DNA of 64,000 nucleotides from Nitrospirales bacterium (GTDB taxonomy: Bacteria > Nitrospirota > Nitrospiria > Nitrospirales > UBA8639). Numbering within the stretch: the stretch's first letter is position 1; each line of letters opens with the position of its first letter. The notes beneath the pieces were generated by a model that ran no database searches, was not told the origin of the DNA, and saw nothing but the letters and a program-made list of their open reading frames with translations. Below are positions 60,254 through 64,000 of the stretch, in pieces. The DNA lies in NCBI GenBank assembly GCA_965223295.1, contig CBDCWC010000003.1, positions 704,001 to 768,000 on the forward strand, in the 5' to 3' direction. Both the position numbers and the translations under genes were made by a program.

Positions 60254-61675
60254 TTAGCTTGATCGGGTTGGGGATATACCAAGTCGCTTCATGACCCGCA
60301 TAAGAAATGAACGATGGATCTGCAACATTTCAGCAGCCTTGGTCTGATTCCAACCAGTTTGCGTCAGTGCTTGGATAATTAAAAACCGGCTGTGATTATC
60401 AAGAGACCTTTTAAACGCTGGAAGATGATCATCGTGATCCGAACGGAGCTCTTTCTCGTGACGAGTCCCACTCTCCAGCCGTAAATTCTCTGCCGTAATC
60501 ATCGCATCGGAACTTAAGATGACGGCTCGAGCGAGCACACTTTCCAGTTCTCGAATATTGCCAGGCCAATGATAGTGCATCATGGCCTCGAGCGCATCAG
60601 ACGTTAACTCCTTGCCTGGCCTTTTGGTATGACGACACTGTCGAATAACAAAATACTTCGACAGCTCTGGAAGGTCTGCCAGTCGTTCGCGAAGTGGGGG
60701 AAGCGTAATAGGGAAAATATTCAGCCGAAAGAAAAGATCCTCTCGAAAGGCCCCGTTCGCGATACCTTTCTGTAAATCTTTGTTCGTCGCCGCAATGAAT
60801 CGCACATGAACCCGAATCGCCTTCGTCCCGCCAACGCGATGAAACTCTTGATCTTGAAGAAGTCTGAGCAATCTTCCTTGAAGCTGATATGGCATATCTC
60901 CAATCTCATCAAGAAAGACGGTGCCACCATCCGCAGCCTCAATCTTGCCTTCCTTCATTTCTGTTGCTCCGGTAAAGGCTCCTTTCTCATGACCAAACAG
61001 TTCATTTTCTAAGAGCGTTTCAGTAAAGGCGGAGCAATTCACTGCCATAAACGGACCATCACCTTGGGTACTCCAACGGTGAATAGACCGCGCCAGAATA
61101 TCTTTCCCTGTCCCGGTTTCCCCTAGTAACAATACCGTTTCTTGTGAGCGAGAAACTTGTTCGGCCATCGCTAAGGCTTCTTTCATCATTGCGCTATTAC
61201 CAATAATTTTGGCATATCGATGGTTGACTTCTTGTCGAAGATACTTGACCTCTTTCGATAGCGCCGTCCGCTCAAGGACGCGTTGCATTACCAACTCGAA
61301 ATGATCAAAATCAAACGGTTTCGTCACAAAATCATAGGCCCCGCATTTCATCGCTTCTACGGCATAGTCGACAGACCCGTATGCGGTCATCACGATGACA
61401 AAGGGTTGAACCAATTGGTATCCTGAAGATGGGATACACGTTGCGTCCATCGGCGAACTCGCCCGCTCACCCAACCGCCGCAACACCTCAATTCCACTGA
61501 ACTTGGGTAATTCAAGGTCTAACAACACAACATCTGGAGATTCTTGTTGAATTTTCTGAAGGGCCTGTTCTCCATCCTTAGCCGAGATGGACTCATACCC
61601 CTGCATCTCCAAGCGATTTTGCAACAGAGTCCTCGTATCAGCGTCGTCATCGACCACAAGCACTTTCGCTTTCAA
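60254..61675 (-). CDS. Sigma-54-dependent response regulator (NtrC family: REC-AAA+-Fis HTH)
   Basis: GETGTGKD, ELFGHEKGAFTGA, FLDEIGD, FREDLFFRL, WPGNIREL, NQTKAA. Confidence 0.95.
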   Translation of the reverse strand: MKAKVLVVDDDADTRTLLQNRLEMQGYESISAKDGEQALQKIQQESPDVVLLDLELPKFSGIEVLRRLGERASSPMDATCIPSSGYQLVQPFVIVMTAYGSVDYAVEAMKCGAYDFVTKPFDFDHFELVMQRVLERTALSKEVKYLRQEVNHRYAKIIGNSAMMKEALAMAEQVSRSQETVLLLGETGTGKDILARSIHRWSTQGDGPFMAVNCSAFTETLLENELFGHEKGAFTGATEMKEGKIEAADGGTVFLDEIGDMPYQLQGRLLRLLQDQEFHRVGGTKAIRVHVRFIAATNKDLQKGIANGAFREDLFFRLNIFPITLPPLRERLADLPELSKYFVIRQCRHTKRPGKELTSDALEAMMHYHWPGNIRELESVLARAVILSSDAMITAENLRLESGTRHEKELRSDHDDHLPAFKRSLDNHSRFLIIQALTQTGWNQTKAAEMLQIHRSFLMRVMKRLGISPTRSS

Positions 61676-61879
61676 TGTGTCTCCTTCATCGGGGATATTG
61701 ATCGTATGTCGGAATATAGATTAGTACTCACCTACAAATCTCTAGAGTCAGATGCTGATGGAACATACAAAACTTGAGTCTATGCCAGGAGCCTAACCCT
61801 TCAGGCCAACGTCTAAGAACAAAATCGCGAGGTACTCGTCTTCCTCCAATACCCCATCTCACTCTTGGGCTTCTTCTCT

Positions 61880-62472
61880 TCAAGCACTAACGGGGAGAAA
61901 GAAAGCCAGAAACCGCTGGCGTTTTGGACAATCAAATATGAGGCCCTCGTCATGATGCACGCCGTCGTCGCCCATAAGACCGTGATGATTCCCCTGATTC
62001 ATATGAATACCATGCATCCCCTGGATTCCCGCAGTCCCCCACCATCCAGAAAAGGTTCTCCAAACACGTAGACCGTAGCCTGAGCGCCTGCACTGATCGC
62101 GGTCTGCACGTAGCTCGCCTGTATGTCCTGCAGATCGTTATCTTGGCCAGGCAGATGATGAGACAGTGCGATGACATGTGCTGGGTCAAAAAGATTTCCT
62201 CGAATATAGTCAAGGCCTCGTCGGTCAGATTCTGGTAACCGCGTATAGCCCTATTGGAGCGCGGGCAAACTCGACGTGATCGGGTGGCGAAAATCAGGAT
62301 CCACCACATAGACTAATTCAGATGGTGAAATTTTTGAACGCACATTGACGGGTATCCGAAAACGAGTTCCCTGAGCTTACACAAAGAGTTGAAAGTGGAG
62401 CGTGGGATCATGATCTTCACGCTGAAAATCCACCGCCTGCGCTTTTACGACTCCATACCGTTTTATGGCCAT
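61880..62472 (-). pseudogene. DUF2278/YukJ family pseudogene (two stops and a frameshift)
   Basis: Manual translation MAIKRYGVVK...HFQLFV*...IPVNVRSK..PSELVY...Q*...GLDYIRGNLFD...DNDL...VYVFGE (frameshift) HGIHMNQGN. Confidence 0.8.
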
Positions 62473-62835
62473 TAGTGATTCCCCCTGCCTAGGTTTCGCA
62501 CTGTGTGAATAGAGATTCTCCATCCTTAGAGTTGAATGGTAATTTCCGATCACAGAACCGCCATTTCACTTATTCGTTCCCAAAACAAGCAGGAAACGTT
62601 CCATTAAATTGGCCAAGACCATCAAAATATTCAAGGTGCGTAAACTCTGGAAAATCCAAACATTTCCCACAGGAGGAGGAAACCAGGCGAGGTAATGCGA
62701 GGCAGTGTTGACGTATCTAAAAGGATACCACGCCTAACCAATTAGATACGAAAAGGGATAGATTCCCGTGAAAAGATTTCAGGGATGGCAAGAAAGGAAG
62801 AAGGATTGCTTTCGGATATGTCCGGATGGGACTGC

Positions 62836-64000
62836 TTAGGGTTTACCATACCCGCCGCCACCTGGGGTTTTAATAGCAAGAATGTCTCTTGCTTCTACAG
62901 GAAATGTACACTTACCTGGAATCTCGTTTTTAGCTTCGTTTTGCCTGAGATGATTGCTTCCTGATTGACCTGGTTCTCCGCCTTTCAGCCCATAGGGTCT
63001 GGTAACACGGCGGTCTGCCAGCAACGTAATCTCTGCCGGTTGAAGAAATTCATATTCCCTTACAAGACCGTCTCCTCCTTGATAACTTCCAGGTCCTCCA
63101 GATCCGTCTCGCAAAGCGTAGCGGGCAATTCGAAATGGATAGGCATATTCTAAGGCTTCCGCGGGCGTATTGAGGGTGTTGGTCATGTGAGAATGACGGC
63201 CACTTGCCCCAGCACCTTGAGGTCCTGCGCCCATTCCACCACCAATGGTTTCGTAATAGGCAAATGGACGATCATGGCGTTCGTCCCAACCGCCAATCGT
63301 TAGATTATTCATGGTGCCTTGACTAGCGGCAGGAATTTGATCGGGACAGGCTTGCGCTAAAGCCCCGAGCAACACATCCACAATCCGTTGAGAGGTTTCG
63401 ACATTTCCGGCGGCCACAGCAGCAGGTCGCCGCGCATTCACTAACGTGCCTTCTGGAGCAATGAGATGAATGGGCCGCAAACACCCGCTATTGGCTGGAA
63501 TATCTAATCCCAAGACACAGCGGAACACATAGGCCACAGCCGATAAGGTGACGGGATAGACTGCATTGATGCTGCCGGACCGTTGTGCATCGGTTCCTGA
63601 AAAATCCACGGAGACTTCCTCTTCATCAAGAGTAATCGCAACACGAATGACAGCAGGCTTTTCGGTAAAGCCATCATTATCCAACGCATCTTCAAATTCG
63701 TAGCGGCCTTTGGGCAATTGACCAATCAATTGACGAGTCATCCGCTCACTGTAATCGAGTAAGGCATCCATGTCCGCAACGAGAACTTGGAGACCAACTC
63801 GTTTCGCTAACCCTTCCATTCTCTCTATGCCAATGTGATTGGCGGCCAGCTGCGCTTGCAAGTCTCCTAATCGTTCTTCGGGTGTGCGAACATTGGCCAT
63901 GAGCAATCGCCACACACCTTCATTCTTTTGGCCATTCATCATGAATTTGACCGGTGGAATACTCAATCCCTCTTGAAAGATTTCTTGAGAAAGCGGCATC
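62836..64000 (-). CDS. Hydantoinase B / oxoprolinase family protein (5' end outside window)
   Basis: QEGL.IPP, NVRTP, GDL.AQ, AGNVETSQR, YETIGGG.G, HMTNT.NTP.E, TPGGGGYG. Confidence 0.92.
   Translation of the reverse strand, partial: MPLSQEIFQEGLSIPPVKFMMNGQKNEGVWRLLMANVRTPEERLGDLQAQLAANHIGIERMEGLAKRVGLQVLVADMDALLDYSERMTRQLIGQLPKGRYEFEDALDNDGFTEKPAVIRVAITLDEEEVSVDFSGTDAQRSGSINAVYPVTLSAVAYVFRCVLGLDIPANSGCLRPIHLIAPEGTLVNARRPAAVAAGNVETSQRIVDVLLGALAQACPDQIPAASQGTMNNLTIGGWDERHDRPFAYYETIGGGMGAGPQGAGASGRHSHMTNTLNTPAEALEYAYPFRIARYALRDGSGGPGSYQGGDGLVREYEFLQPAEITLLADRRVTRPYGLKGGEPGQSGSNHLRQNEAKNEIPGKCTFPVEARDILAIKTPGGGGYGKP

Noticed and set aside
61950-62309. 119-aa ORF MWWILIFATR... from the ORF track
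   Set aside because: Alternative-frame shadow of the DUF2278 pseudogene.

Overview
Ordinary chromosomal window of about 48% GC (by eye), most consistent with a Nitrospirales/Nitrospirota bacterium. That assignment is inferred from the stand-alone Fo ATP-synthase operon, a PEP-CTERM protein, DapL and the Nitrospira-type intergenic palindromes. It carries core genes (dapL, nadB, pabB/pabC-like, atpI/B/E/F, larE, rlmN, suhB, prfC, lon), a REC-CheC-multi-PAS hybrid kinase cluster, one RND and one DevBCA-like ABC efflux operon each with a TetR regulator, and several decayed genes (vapC with a premature stop, a DUF2278/YukJ pseudogene, an IS91-like transposase relic). No rRNA, tRNA or CRISPR array was seen. 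Four things stand out. (1) Eight copies of a 120-225 bp hairpin mobile element have 4-6 bp target duplications, and their terminal stems co-vary as base pairs rather than being fixed sequences; one copy splits the 5' end of pabB, and a second family shares the same internal loop motifs. (2) A four-gene operon encodes a TIR-TM-ectodomain receptor, two exported trypsin-like proteases (one with an FGE/CLec-type domain, one with PEGA) and a secreted unknown protein, a candidate protease-coupled TIR signalling or defence system. (3) A coiled-coil/winged-helix gene is followed by an unannotated 28-aa Lys/Ala-rich micro-protein and preceded by NrdR-box-like operators. (4) A candidate sigma-54 enhancer/promoter module sits upstream of two unknown secreted proteins.
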